Below, one piece after another: positions 25,584 through 35,326 of a stretch of 64,000 nucleotides of DNA. Made by a program: the position numbers and the translations under genes. The stretch comes from Eubacteriales bacterium. GTDB taxonomy: Bacteria; Bacillota; Clostridia; Oscillospirales; QAKW01. Position 1 is the stretch's first letter; each line of letters starts with the position of its first letter. The notes under the pieces are model-generated. The model was given only the letters and a program-made list of their open reading frames with translations, made no database searches and was not told the DNA's origin. The stretch is taken from positions 2,101-66,100 of the forward strand of contig JAZNXL010000007.1 in assembly GCA_045593905.1 (NCBI GenBank), read 5' to 3'.

Positions 25584-27143
25584 TTGTTTTTATGGCTGAT
25601 TATAATTGTTCTTACCTTTAGAATATATTATATTTCAATAGGTGGGCTAAACGATAAAGTTTTAACAACTGCGGGTGGCAGGGTAGCTTCAAATGTTCTA
25701 TATAATTCAAAAGGCGTTATATATGATAGAAATTTAAATGCATTATCGGGTAACTGCAAGGTTTATTATCTCATTATCAATCCGAGAACTTTTGATGTTT
25801 CGCAACTTGAATATTTAGCTTTTATAACAAAAAACTCTAAACAATCAATATCGGCAAAATTAAAGAGAGAAACACCGTTTGTTTTATACAGTTACCAACA
25901 ACCAATAAATATTGATGGTGTTACTTGCTTTGAAGGTGTAACGAGATACCACAGTGACAGCGTATGCAAGCATCTTATAGGTTACCTCGATAATGAACAA
26001 AATGTTGGCGTGTCGGGTATAGAAAAATCATATAACGATTTTTTGTCAAAATACTCGAGTTCTACAACGTTTTCATATTCAGCAAATGCTGTGAGAGGTA
26101 TAATTTCAGGACTTAAAATTGATGTAAACAAAGAAAACGATACACAAAACGGAATCGTTTTATCTTTAGATAAAGAGTTATCAATAGCCGCTGAAAAGGC
26201 ACTTAAATCACACGTAGATAAAGGCTGCGCTATTATAATGAATTGTGATAACGGTGAGCTGCTAACGGTAAGTTCAACACCTGATTTTAATGTAAACAAC
26301 GTTTATGAATATACTGATTCATTGGGTGGTGAACTAATTAATAACGCGCTTACAAACCAAACTGTCGGCTCTGTTTTTAAAATGGTTATTGCTTCAATTG
26401 CATATAATGAGCAATTAGATAATTTCGAGTATGAGTGTAAAGGTGCCGTTGAAATTAGCAAGCATAAAATTAGTTGTCAAAACAAAATAGAACACGGCAA
26501 ACAAACGTTAACACAAGCGTTTTCAAATTCCTGTAACTGTTATTTTATATCACTCGGACAGTTAATCGGATACGATAAAATAATTGATTATTGTAGATTG
26601 TACGGAATTGACAGTAGCATAAAACTTGCGAACGATATTTATTCAGATTCGGCAGTTTTGCCAAAAGACGAGGGGAGCGTTGCGCTTGCAAATCTATCTA
26701 TCGGTCAGGGCAAGCTAATGATTTCGCCACTTGTAATATCAAGATTAACTGCATTAATGTGTAACGGTGGATATTTAATTAATCCTACTGTGTATAAAGG
26801 CACTTACATTGATGGTGTCTTAGAAAATTCTCCCGAATATAGCTATAAAAATAACGTTTTAAGTAATGAAACAAGCGATAAAATGAAGAGCTTGCTAATT
26901 GATTGTGTGGAAAACGGTACGGGAAGAAACGCAAAACCTGAAAGTAATGGTGCAGGCGGTAAAACTGCGAGCGCGCAAACAGGACGTTTTAGTGGCGAAA
27001 ATGAGATTTTAAACACATATTTCACTGGCTTTTATCCTGCTGATAACCCGAAATATGTAATAACAGTTTTTGCATTTGACGGCGAATCTGGTTCAAAAAC
27101 ATGTGCGCCTGTGTTCAAAGAAATATGTGATTATATTAATTAA
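25584..27143 (+). CDS. class B penicillin-binding protein (PBP2/SpoVD/FtsI-type transpeptidase)
   Basis: N-terminal TM anchor. SxxK (GSVFKMV) and SxN (NSCN) are present. The third motif reads GGKTASAQ (KTA instead of KTG). The only start codon in the open frame is TTG at 25584. Confidence 0.85.
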   Translation: MFLWLIIIVLTFRIYYISIGGLNDKVLTTAGGRVASNVLYNSKGVIYDRNLNALSGNCKVYYLIINPRTFDVSQLEYLAFITKNSKQSISAKLKRETPFVLYSYQQPINIDGVTCFEGVTRYHSDSVCKHLIGYLDNEQNVGVSGIEKSYNDFLSKYSSSTTFSYSANAVRGIISGLKIDVNKENDTQNGIVLSLDKELSIAAEKALKSHVDKGCAIIMNCDNGELLTVSSTPDFNVNNVYEYTDSLGGELINNALTNQTVGSVFKMVIASIAYNEQLDNFEYECKGAVEISKHKISCQNKIEHGKQTLTQAFSNSCNCYFISLGQLIGYDKIIDYCRLYGIDSSIKLANDIYSDSAVLPKDEGSVALANLSIGQGKLMISPLVISRLTALMCNGGYLINPTVYKGTYIDGVLENSPEYSYKNNVLSNETSDKMKSLLIDCVENGTGRNAKPESNGAGGKTASAQTGRFSGENEILNTYFTGFYPADNPKYVITVFAFDGESGSKTCAPVFKEICDYIN

Positions 27144-27147
27144 GTTA

Positions 27148-27175
27148 TTGACAGTTTATTAAAATATGTTATAAT
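27148..27175 (+). promoter_or_regulatory. sigma-A promoter of the alaS leader
   Basis: TTGACA (27148-27153), a 16-nt spacer, then TGtTATAAT (27167-27175). Confidence 0.65.
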
Positions 27176-27182
27176 TTTATGG

Positions 27183-27385
27183 TAATTGTTATTTTGTTGA
27201 CAAAAATCTTTTTTCCATAGCTACAGTTTACAGAGAGTGTAACAAATGCTGAGAGTTACTGCTGTACGGTTAAAAAGCGCTGTTTTTCGAGAAATAACCG
27301 CTATCTCGCGTTAAAAGAAATTAAGAGGCACTAAAGTGCAATCAGGGTGGTACCGCGGACTTGTGTTCGTCCCTGTTGTATTTTT
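27183..27385 (+). promoter_or_regulatory. T-box leader (tRNA-Ala responsive) with terminator/antiterminator
   Basis: AGAGAG stem-I element. Candidate GCT specifier at 27261-27263. Conserved T-box sequence AATCAGGGTGGTACCGCG at 27340-27357. Terminator CAGGG...CCCTG followed by TTGTATTTTT. Directly upstream of alaS. Confidence 0.85.
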
Positions 27386-27413
27386 GGTGTCATTTTTTAT
27401 TTAGGAGGCAGTT

Positions 27414-30038
27414 ATGCAATACACAGGTCTTAACGAATTAAGAGAAAAGTTTTTAAAGTTTTTTGAGAGCAAGGCACATCATCGTCTTGACAGTTTTCCA
27501 CTTTTGCCAATAAACGACGATAGCTTATTACTTATCAACTCAGGCATGGCGCCTATGAAAAAATATTTCCTTGGAAAAGAAACACCACCTTCAAAGCGTG
27601 TTACTACTTGCCAAAAATGTATTAGAACACCCGACATTGAAAACGTTGGTAAAACATCACGTCACGGTACATACTTTGAAATGCTCGGCAACTTTTCTTT
27701 TGGTGACTATTTTAAACATGAGGCTACCGCTTGGGCTTGGGAGTTTATAACAAAAGAACTCGAAATTCCTGTAGACAAGCTATATGTTTCGGTTTTCGAG
27801 GACGACGACGAAGCTGTTGAGATTTGGACAAAAGAGGTTGGTGTACCTGCCGATAGAATTGTAAGACTTGGCAGAGCCGATAACTTTTGGGAAATTGGCA
27901 GCGGTCCTTGCGGTCCCTGTAGTGAAATTTACTTTGACCGTGGCGAAGAAAACGGTTGTGATAACCCAAACTGCGCTCCCGGTTGTGACTGTGATAGATT
28001 TGTAGAGTTCTGGAACCTTGTTTTCTCACAATTTGATAGTGATGGCGAAGGCAACTATACACCTATGGAACACCCCAACATTGATACAGGTATGGGTCTT
28101 GAGCGTCTTGCTTGTATTATGCAAGGTGTTGATAACTTGTTCGAGGTTGATACTGTTCAAAACATTTTACAACACGCATCAAGAATTGCCGGTGTTACAT
28201 ATAAGACCGACGAAAAAACCGACGTGTCTATTCGTGTAATTACCGACCATATCCGCAGCGTTACATTTATGCTTTGTGACGGCATTAAGCCTTCAAACGA
28301 AGGCAGGGGATACGTTCTTAAAAGACTTTTACGCCGTGCTGCTCGTCACGGCAGATTGCTCGGTATTAACAAGCCTTTCTTATTTGAACTTTGCCAAACC
28401 GTTATTGAAGAAAATAAAAACGCTTATCCTGAGCTTGTTTCTAAAAAAGATTATATTGTAAAGAGCATTAAAAACGAAGAAGACGCTTTCTTAAAAACGA
28501 TTGATAAAGGTATGGATATGCTTTTTGCCTATATGGAAAAAGCAACTGACAAGGTAATTCCCGGCGATATTGCATTTAAGCTTTATGACACATACGGTTT
28601 TCCTGTTGACCTTACTGCTGATATAGCTGCTGAAAAAGATATGAGCGTTGACGAAGAAGGCTTTAACAAGCTTATGCTCGAGCAAAGAGAACGCGCTCGT
28701 AAAGCAAGACTTGATAGCGATATTATCGGTTGGAAGGACGAGGTTTTAGATTATCTTGACCAAAACAACTCTGAATTTGTCGGTTATACAAGTACTGAGT
28801 GCGATGCAAAAGTTGTTGCACTTGTAAAAGACGGTGAGATTGTTGACTCTGTATCTTCAGGTGATGATGTTATTGTTGTTTTAGATAAAACACCGTTCTA
28901 TGCTGAAAGCGGCGGACAGGTTGCTGATATTGGCGTTATCGACTTCGCTAACGCATCAATTTCTGTTTCAGATTGTAAAAAAGATACACTCAAGCACTTT
29001 TTACACATTGGTAAAGTAGTTGATGGTGCTGTTTCGGTAGGCGACACTTGCAAAGCATATATCGATGTTGAAAGAAGAAATGCAATTAAACGTAATCACA
29101 CAAGCGCTCACTTACTTCAGGCTGCACTTCGAGAAGTTCTTGGCGACCACGTTCACCAGGCTGGCTCTTATGTTGATGCTGAACGTGTAAGATTTGACTT
29201 TTCACATTTTTCTGCGCTTACTGCTGACGAACTTAAAAAAGTTGAAGACATTGTAAATGCCGAGATTTTAAAAGGTACAGTTGTTGAAAACTATGAGACC
29301 GATATTGAAAATGCCAAGGGTGCAATGGCTCTCTTTGGTGAAAAATACGGTGACCGTGTAAGAGTTTGCAAGGTTGGAGATTTTTCATTTGAGCTTTGCG
29401 GTGGTACACATATTGAAAACACTGGAAAAATTGGCTTGTTTAAAGTTGTTTCAGAAGGTTCTGTTTCTTCGGGTGTGAGAAGAATCGAGGCTATAACTGG
29501 CTACGGCATTCTTGGGCTTATTGACGAGTATAATACCAAACTTTCACAAGTTGCATCGGTGCTGAAAATTTCAAATATTTCTGACGTGGTTAACAAGTGC
29601 GTTTCGCTTACTGAAGAGCTTAAAAAAGTTAAAAACGAACTTGATGCTGTAAACGAAAAAGCTGCTATTGCTCAAAGTGCATCAATATTTGACAGTGCTG
29701 TCGATGTTAACGGCATTAAAGTTGCTTACGCAAAACTAAATGATACAACCACAAAAACTGCAAGAGCAATTTGTGACGGTCTTCGTGACTCACAAAATTC
29801 TTTTGTTGCTGTTTTGGTTGCTATTGACGGAGAAAAAGCAACACTCCAGGTTGCTTGCTCAGATGATGCTGTAAAAGCAGGCGCTCACGCAGGTAAAATT
29901 GTTGGCGAAATCGCGGCAGTTACAGGCGGTAAAGGCGGTGGCAAGCCGCAAAGTGCTACCGCAGGTGTTGGTGATACGGCCCTTATTGATGATTGCCTTT
30001 CAAAAACTGTTGAAATAGTGTCAAAATATTTAAAATAG
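27414..30038 (+). CDS. alaS: alanine--tRNA ligase
   Basis: 874 aa. Canonical AlaRS N-terminus (LREKFLKFFESKAHHRLDSFPL...), editing-domain HTSAHLL and CGGTH motifs, C-terminal DHHA1-like tail. RBS AGGAGG. Confidence 0.97.
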   Translation: MQYTGLNELREKFLKFFESKAHHRLDSFPLLPINDDSLLLINSGMAPMKKYFLGKETPPSKRVTTCQKCIRTPDIENVGKTSRHGTYFEMLGNFSFGDYFKHEATAWAWEFITKELEIPVDKLYVSVFEDDDEAVEIWTKEVGVPADRIVRLGRADNFWEIGSGPCGPCSEIYFDRGEENGCDNPNCAPGCDCDRFVEFWNLVFSQFDSDGEGNYTPMEHPNIDTGMGLERLACIMQGVDNLFEVDTVQNILQHASRIAGVTYKTDEKTDVSIRVITDHIRSVTFMLCDGIKPSNEGRGYVLKRLLRRAARHGRLLGINKPFLFELCQTVIEENKNAYPELVSKKDYIVKSIKNEEDAFLKTIDKGMDMLFAYMEKATDKVIPGDIAFKLYDTYGFPVDLTADIAAEKDMSVDEEGFNKLMLEQRERARKARLDSDIIGWKDEVLDYLDQNNSEFVGYTSTECDAKVVALVKDGEIVDSVSSGDDVIVVLDKTPFYAESGGQVADIGVIDFANASISVSDCKKDTLKHFLHIGKVVDGAVSVGDTCKAYIDVERRNAIKRNHTSAHLLQAALREVLGDHVHQAGSYVDAERVRFDFSHFSALTADELKKVEDIVNAEILKGTVVENYETDIENAKGAMALFGEKYGDRVRVCKVGDFSFELCGGTHIENTGKIGLFKVVSEGSVSSGVRRIEAITGYGILGLIDEYNTKLSQVASVLKISNISDVVNKCVSLTEELKKVKNELDAVNEKAAIAQSASIFDSAVDVNGIKVAYAKLNDTTTKTARAICDGLRDSQNSFVAVLVAIDGEKATLQVACSDDAVKAGAHAGKIVGEIAAVTGGKGGGKPQSATAGVGDTALIDDCLSKTVEIVSKYLK

Positions 30039-30046
30039 GTGACAAT

Positions 30047-30388
30047 ATGAACGATTGTATTTTTTGTAAAATAATTGCGGGTGAAATTCCTTCGTCAAAG
30101 GTATATGAAGACGAATATGTGTATGCCTTTAACGATATAAACCCTGCGGCTCCTGTTCATATTCTTGTGATTCCAAAGCAACACATTTCTACATTGTTCG
30201 ATATTAACAACAAGAACAGTAAAATTGTGGCACATATTTTTGAGGTTATATCAAAAATTGCAACCGAGCAAAAGCTCGAAAAAGGCTTTAGAGTTGTTTC
30301 CAATTGTAACGAATATGGCGGCCAAACTGTTTTTCATCTTCATTTTCACATTATCGGTGGAAAGAAACTTGACGAAAAAATGGCATAA
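30047..30388 (+). CDS. HIT family (histidine triad) protein
   Basis: 113 aa with the HxHxHxx motif HLHFHIIGG. Confidence 0.9.
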   Translation: MNDCIFCKIIAGEIPSSKVYEDEYVYAFNDINPAAPVHILVIPKQHISTLFDINNKNSKIVAHIFEVISKIATEQKLEKGFRVVSNCNEYGGQTVFHLHFHIIGGKKLDEKMA

Positions 30389-30399
30389 TTATAACAAAC

Positions 30400-30424
30400 C
30401 CCAAGCACAACTGCTTGGGTTTTG
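30400..30424 (+). terminator. rho-independent terminator
   Basis: Stem CCCAAGCA / TGCTTGGG (30400-30407 / 30412-30419), then TTTTG. Confidence 0.7.
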
Positions 30425-30467
30425 TTGTATATTATTTAATTTATGTGCATAATTTGTGATTATTCTA

Positions 30468-30496
30468 TTGACAAATTATTAATAGTGTTTTAAAAT
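30468..30496 (+). promoter_or_regulatory. sigma-A promoter of the liv-type operon
   Basis: TTGACA (30468-30473), a 17-nt spacer, then TAAAAT (30491-30496). Confidence 0.55.
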
Positions 30497-30548
30497 ATTT
30501 TTATTACTTTATTAGTAATTAATAATTAATTGAAAAGAGGAAAAAATC

Positions 30549-31703
30549 ATGAAAAGAATTGCAAGAATTCTTTGCGTTGTTATTGCAGTAGCAATGCTCT
30601 TCACACTTGCTTCATGTGGCAAGGCAAGCTATACAGCTAACAACACTGAATATGTTATCGGTGTTTCTGGTCCTTTAACAGGTCCTGCTGCTGTTTACGG
30701 TGTTGCAGTTCAAAACTCAGCACAAATAGCTGTTGATGAAATCAATGCTGCAGGCGGTCTTAACGGTGTTAACTTTAAGTTTGTAGCTACTGACGACACA
30801 CACGACCCGACTAAAGTTTCAACAAACTACTCATCAATGCTCGAACAGGGTATGCAGGTATCACTTGGTACTGTAACAACTGCTCCCGGTCTTGAGTATG
30901 CAAACCTTTCAGTTGAAGACAATGTATTCTTCCTTACACCTTCAGCTTCAGGCGATGACATTCCCAAAAACGACAACGGTTTCCAAATGTGTTTTGCTGA
31001 TGGTAACCAAGGTAAAGTTGCTGCTGACTATGTAAACGGTCTCGGTCTTAAAAAAATTGGTATCTTCTACAAATCAGATGATGCTTATTCAAACGGTATC
31101 TTTGAACAGTTTAAAGACAACCTCGATAAATCAATCGAAACAGTTGAAACTGTATTTACCGATGCTAACGCAACTGACTTCTCAACACAAATCAGTTCAC
31201 TTAAAGATTGCAGCTTTATCTTTATGCCTATCTACTACACACCTGCTGCTATCTTTATGACACAGGCTAAAGACCAGCTTGCTGCTGATGCAGTTTACTA
31301 TGGCTGCGACGGTTTTGACGGTCTCACAAGTGAGTTCGACATCACCACAATCAAACAAGAAGTAACAATGCTTTCGCATTTCGACTCTAATGCAACTGAA
31401 GGCGCTGCTGCTGATTTCGTTAAAAAGTATACAGAAAAATACGGTGCTGATACTCTTAACCAATTCGGTGCTTCGGCTTATGACTGTGTATACGCTATCT
31501 ACAATGCAATGAAAGCTGCTATTGATTCAGGTAAAGAAATTCCTGTAACAATTTCTGCTTCAGACCTTTGCGAAATTCTTAAAGAACAGTTCACCGGTGA
31601 CTTTACATATTCAGGTGTAACAGGTACTGATATCTCTTGGGAAGACAACGGTTACGTTTCTAAGGGCGCTGTTAAGTATGTTCTTAAAGAGGCTACAAAA
31701 TAA
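30549..31703 (+). CDS. ABC transporter substrate-binding lipoprotein, branched-chain amino acid (LivJ/K-like) family
   Basis: Lipobox LFTLASC|GK. Periplasmic-binding type I pattern (YVIGVSGPLTGPAAVYG). First gene of a 5-gene ABC operon. Confidence 0.85.
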   Translation: MKRIARILCVVIAVAMLFTLASCGKASYTANNTEYVIGVSGPLTGPAAVYGVAVQNSAQIAVDEINAAGGLNGVNFKFVATDDTHDPTKVSTNYSSMLEQGMQVSLGTVTTAPGLEYANLSVEDNVFFLTPSASGDDIPKNDNGFQMCFADGNQGKVAADYVNGLGLKKIGIFYKSDDAYSNGIFEQFKDNLDKSIETVETVFTDANATDFSTQISSLKDCSFIFMPIYYTPAAIFMTQAKDQLAADAVYYGCDGFDGLTSEFDITTIKQEVTMLSHFDSNATEGAAADFVKKYTEKYGADTLNQFGASAYDCVYAIYNAMKAAIDSGKEIPVTISASDLCEILKEQFTGDFTYSGVTGTDISWEDNGYVSKGAVKYVLKEATK

Positions 31704-31786
31704 TTAAATTTTATTTTTGTTAATATTTTTGCCGGCATTGATTTTCTTTGCCGGCAAATTCTCATAATTAGTATAGGAATTATTTT

Positions 31787-32659
31787 ATGAACATTATTGA
31801 AACATTGTTAAACGGCCTGAGCTCAGGCGGTACATATGCAATGATTGCTCTTGGTTATACTATGGTTTATGGTATAGCTAAAATGCTCAACTTCGCCCAT
31901 GGCGACATTATAATGGTTGGCGGGTATATGATTTATGTTATAATGACTATGTGCTCTAACTCACTTATAGGTCTTGCTGCGGCGGTTGTATTTTGTGTGC
32001 TGCTTGGTATCACGGTTGAAAAAATTGCATACAAGCCACTTCGTGGCGCTTCGCCGCTTGCAGTTTTAATTACCGCAATTGGTGTTAGTTATTTGTTACA
32101 AAGTACAGCTCAAATTATTTTTGGCTCGTCTCCAAAAATGGTTGTTATTGCCGAGCTTGGTAACTTTACATTGGGCAATTTAAAGGTTCCTGTGTATACA
32201 ATCGTTACTCTTGTTTGCTCGTTTGCAATTATGATTACGCTTAATCTTTTTGTAAAATATACAAAAATCGGTAGAGCTATGATTGCTGTATCTGAAGATA
32301 AAGGCGCTGCACAGCTTATGGGCATTAACGTTAATAGAATTATTATGATTACGTTTGCCATTGGCTCTGCTCTTGCCGCTTTTGCAGGATTTTTTATGCT
32401 TATGAAATCACCAAGCCTTTCAAATACACTTGGCGCAATGCCTGGTATAAAAGCTTTTACTGCTGCCGTTATCGGTGGTATCGGTTCTATACCCGGCGCT
32501 ATGGTTGGTGGTATTTTAATGGGTGTTGTTGAGGCAATTTCTTTTAAAATTCCTGTCATTGCTCCTTATACCGATGCTATTGAATTTTTAATTCTTATTG
32601 TAATATTACTCGTAAGACCTTCGGGCATTTTAGGCAAAAAGAGGAGGGAAAAAGTATAA
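31787..32659 (+). CDS. livH: branched-chain amino acid ABC transporter permease
   Basis: 290 aa, polytopic. LivH-type N-terminus (LLNGLSSGGTYAMIALGYTMVYG). Confidence 0.88.
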   Translation: MNIIETLLNGLSSGGTYAMIALGYTMVYGIAKMLNFAHGDIIMVGGYMIYVIMTMCSNSLIGLAAAVVFCVLLGITVEKIAYKPLRGASPLAVLITAIGVSYLLQSTAQIIFGSSPKMVVIAELGNFTLGNLKVPVYTIVTLVCSFAIMITLNLFVKYTKIGRAMIAVSEDKGAAQLMGINVNRIIMITFAIGSALAAFAGFFMLMKSPSLSNTLGAMPGIKAFTAAVIGGIGSIPGAMVGGILMGVVEAISFKIPVIAPYTDAIEFLILIVILLVRPSGILGKKRREKV

Positions 32660-33807
32660 TGGCATTTAATTTTAAAAACATTAAGTGGAAACACTATATT
32701 AATTACGTCGCAATAGCCATTTTTACCGTAATTTTTACAGTTCTAACTTTTTCCGGCTCTTTAACATCGTCGACAATTTACATGCTTGAAAAAATTGCTA
32801 TTGCTATAATACTTGCGGTTTCTCTCAGTATGGTTGTTGGCTTTTTGGGTGAGCTTTCGCTTGGACATGCCGGCTTTATGTGCGTTGGCGCTTATCTTGG
32901 CGGTAAAGTTTCACTTTTGTTACAACCTGTATTGGGTACAGGTATTGCCTCACTTTTAATTTCACTCGTTGTTGGCGGACTTATTGCCGCTGCGTGCGGT
33001 GTTGTTATCGGTTTGCCCGCACTTAGATTAAGAGGTGACTACCTTGCTATTGTTACACTTGCTTTTGGTGAGATTGTTCGCTCTTTGTTTATGAACTCGA
33101 GTAGTGAGTCTTTTGGTGGCTCGCTCGGTCTTTCGACTCCAAGATATGATAAAAACACATTATTTATCTACGCGTTTATACTTGTTCTTGCTTGTCTTGC
33201 TGTTACTCAAAACATTATTCGTTCAAAGCACGGCCGCGCAATTACATCAATTCGTGACAACGAAATTGCCGCAAAAGCTACAGGCATTAATGTAACTAAA
33301 TACAAACTTATCGTATTTACCGCATCGTCTTTCTTTGCGGGTATTGCAGGCGTACTTTATAGCTTTTCTAACTTTACTGTTCAAAGCTCAAAGTTTAGCT
33401 ATAACTACTCAATAGAAATTCTTGTAATGGTTGTTCTTGGTGGTATGGGTAGCATTAACGGTTCAATTATTGCTGCAACATTAATTACTTTCTTGGATGT
33501 AAAACTTCAAACTATTCTTACAGGTAACCTTGCTGTTTTACAAGACCTTTTCTACGCACTCATACTAATTATCCTTGTTATATACAATAACGCACCTGCT
33601 CTTAAAGGCTTTAGAGAAAAATATAATCTCAAAGCGTTTTTGTCAAAACTCAAAAAACCGTCATCTGACCCGTCTAAGATTCACGATGACGAGGCTAAAT
33701 GGGATAGAGTTCCTACTAAAATTCAAATGGACGAAGTTTTGTCTGTTGATTTGCAGGCAACATCTCCTTACACTCCTGATAAATCTACAAAAAAGGAGGG
33801 TAAATAA
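32659..33807 (+). CDS. livM: branched-chain amino acid ABC transporter permease
   Basis: 382 aa, polytopic. LivM-type core (LSLGHAGFMCVGAYLGG). Start overlaps the livH stop. Confidence 0.88.
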   Translation: MAFNFKNIKWKHYINYVAIAIFTVIFTVLTFSGSLTSSTIYMLEKIAIAIILAVSLSMVVGFLGELSLGHAGFMCVGAYLGGKVSLLLQPVLGTGIASLLISLVVGGLIAAACGVVIGLPALRLRGDYLAIVTLAFGEIVRSLFMNSSSESFGGSLGLSTPRYDKNTLFIYAFILVLACLAVTQNIIRSKHGRAITSIRDNEIAAKATGINVTKYKLIVFTASSFFAGIAGVLYSFSNFTVQSSKFSYNYSIEILVMVVLGGMGSINGSIIAATLITFLDVKLQTILTGNLAVLQDLFYALILIILVIYNNAPALKGFREKYNLKAFLSKLKKPSSDPSKIHDDEAKWDRVPTKIQMDEVLSVDLQATSPYTPDKSTKKEGK

Positions 33808-34577
33808 TGTCTAAAGTAGTTTTAAAAACCGAAAATCTCGGTATTTCATTCGGTGGTTTAAAGGCTGTTCAAGGTTTAAACCTTGAAATTAAAGAAAAGC
33901 AGTTATATGGCCTTGTTGGTCCTAATGGCGCAGGCAAAACAACTGTGTTTAATATGATTACCGGTGTTTATAAGCCAACTACAGGTTCTTTTTATCTTGA
34001 TGGGGAAAACATTACAGGTAAGAGCCAAGAAACAATAAACCATAAAGGAATTGCGCGTACTTTCCAAAACATTCGTTTGTTTAACAATATGACTGTTATA
34101 AGAAACGTACTTGTTGGTCTTCATAATCAACCTGAATTTAAATGCGGTATTTTTACAAGCATTTTCCGTTTGCCAAAGCATTTTTCTACCGAAAAGAAAA
34201 TGCGTGAGCGTGCAAAAGAGATTTTAAGAATTGTTGGCCTTGAAGAAGAAAGAAATAACCTTTCTTGTAATTTACCTTATGGTAAACAACGTAAACTCGA
34301 AATTGCACGTGCTCTTGCAACAAACCCAAAGCTTTTGTGCTTGGACGAACCTGCTGCGGGTATGAACCCTAATGAGACTGCAGACTTAATGAATATTATC
34401 AATCATATTCGTGATGAATATAATCTAACTATTTTGCTTATTGAACACGATATGAAATTTGTATCAGGTCTTTGTGACGAAATTACTGTACTTAATTTTG
34501 GTACCGTTTTGGCACAAGGTAAGCCTGAAGATGCTCTTAATGACCCTGAAGTTATTAAAGCATATATCGGAGGTTAA
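33807..34577 (+). CDS. livG: branched-chain amino acid ABC transporter ATP-binding protein
   Basis: Walker A GPNGAGKTT, signature-like LPYGKQRKLEIARAL, Walker B LLCLDEPAAG. Confidence 0.9.
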   Translation: MSKVVLKTENLGISFGGLKAVQGLNLEIKEKQLYGLVGPNGAGKTTVFNMITGVYKPTTGSFYLDGENITGKSQETINHKGIARTFQNIRLFNNMTVIRNVLVGLHNQPEFKCGIFTSIFRLPKHFSTEKKMRERAKEILRIVGLEEERNNLSCNLPYGKQRKLEIARALATNPKLLCLDEPAAGMNPNETADLMNIINHIRDEYNLTILLIEHDMKFVSGLCDEITVLNFGTVLAQGKPEDALNDPEVIKAYIGG

Positions 34578-34579
34578 TT

Positions 34580-35290
34580 ATGGCATTACTTGAAGTTAAT
34601 AATCTCGAGGTTTTTTACGGGGTAATACAAGCGTTAAAAGGCATTTCGTTCACTGTTGAACAGGGCGAAATTGTTACACTCATAGGTGCCAACGGCGCAG
34701 GTAAAACAACCACAATGCAAAGCGTAATAGGTTTAATTCCCACACGCGCCGGTTCGGTTATTTTTGATGGTAAAGATATTACTCATGAACCTTGTCACAA
34801 AAACGTTTGTCATGGTGTTATACAGGTTCCCGAAGGCCGTAGAGTTTTTCAGGAACTTACTGTATACGAAAATCTTTTAATGGGTGCTTATACTAATAAC
34901 GATAAGGCTCAGGTTAAAAAAGATGTAGAAGATATTTATAGACGATTTCCGCGTTTATATGAACGCAGAAACCAAATTGCAGGTACTCTCTCGGGCGGTG
35001 AGCAACAAATGCTTGCTATGGGTAGAGCATTAATGGGACATCCCAAGCTTTTAATGCTCGATGAGCCTTCTATGGGTCTTGCACCTATTCTTGTTGAAGA
35101 AATATTTTCGATTATTAAAGAGCTTAACAAAGAGGGCACAACAATTTTACTTGTTGAGCAAAACGCTGATATGGCATTAAAAATTGCTCATAGAGCATAC
35201 GTTATGGAAAACGGTAGCATTGTGCTTTCTGGCACCGGCGCTGAAATTGCTCAAAGTGATTCTGTTAAAGAAGCATACCTTGGTGGCTAA
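34580..35290 (+). CDS. livF: branched-chain amino acid ABC transporter ATP-binding protein
   Basis: Walker A GANGAGKTT, signature LSGGEQQML, Walker B LLMLDEPSMGL. Confidence 0.9.
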   Translation: MALLEVNNLEVFYGVIQALKGISFTVEQGEIVTLIGANGAGKTTTMQSVIGLIPTRAGSVIFDGKDITHEPCHKNVCHGVIQVPEGRRVFQELTVYENLLMGAYTNNDKAQVKKDVEDIYRRFPRLYERRNQIAGTLSGGEQQMLAMGRALMGHPKLLMLDEPSMGLAPILVEEIFSIIKELNKEGTTILLVEQNADMALKIAHRAYVMENGSIVLSGTGAEIAQSDSVKEAYLGG

Positions 35291-35294
35291 AATT

Positions 35295-35326
35295 AAAAGG
35301 TCTTGGTTTTTACCAAGACCTTTTTT
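35295..35326. terminator. bidirectional rho-independent terminator
   Basis: Stem GGTCTTGGT / ACCAAGACC (35299-35307 / 35312-35320), with an A-run before and a T6 run after. Confidence 0.8.

Noticed and set aside
27197-27225. A second TTGACA hexamer inside the alaS leader, considered as an alternative promoter.
   Set aside because: The sequence 17 nt downstream (AGCTAC) is a poor -10. The upstream TTGACA-16-TGtTATAAT at 27148-27175 is a far better match.
30497-30548. AT-rich near-palindrome (AATTAATAATTAATT) in the liv leader, considered as a CodY box.
   Set aside because: It has too many mismatches to AATTTTCWGAAAATT and is indistinguishable from background AT-rich sequence.
32110-32559. 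149-aa minus-strand ORF inside livH. Similar antisense ORFs occur in other genes: 13237-13614 (nagA-like), 36010-36381 (ABC-F), 37343-37723 (tepA) and 23514-23801 (comEB).
   Set aside because: All lie antisense to strongly supported genes, lack an SD and encode Ala/Ile/Pro-rich mirror sequences of the sense frame. I found no independent evidence for them.
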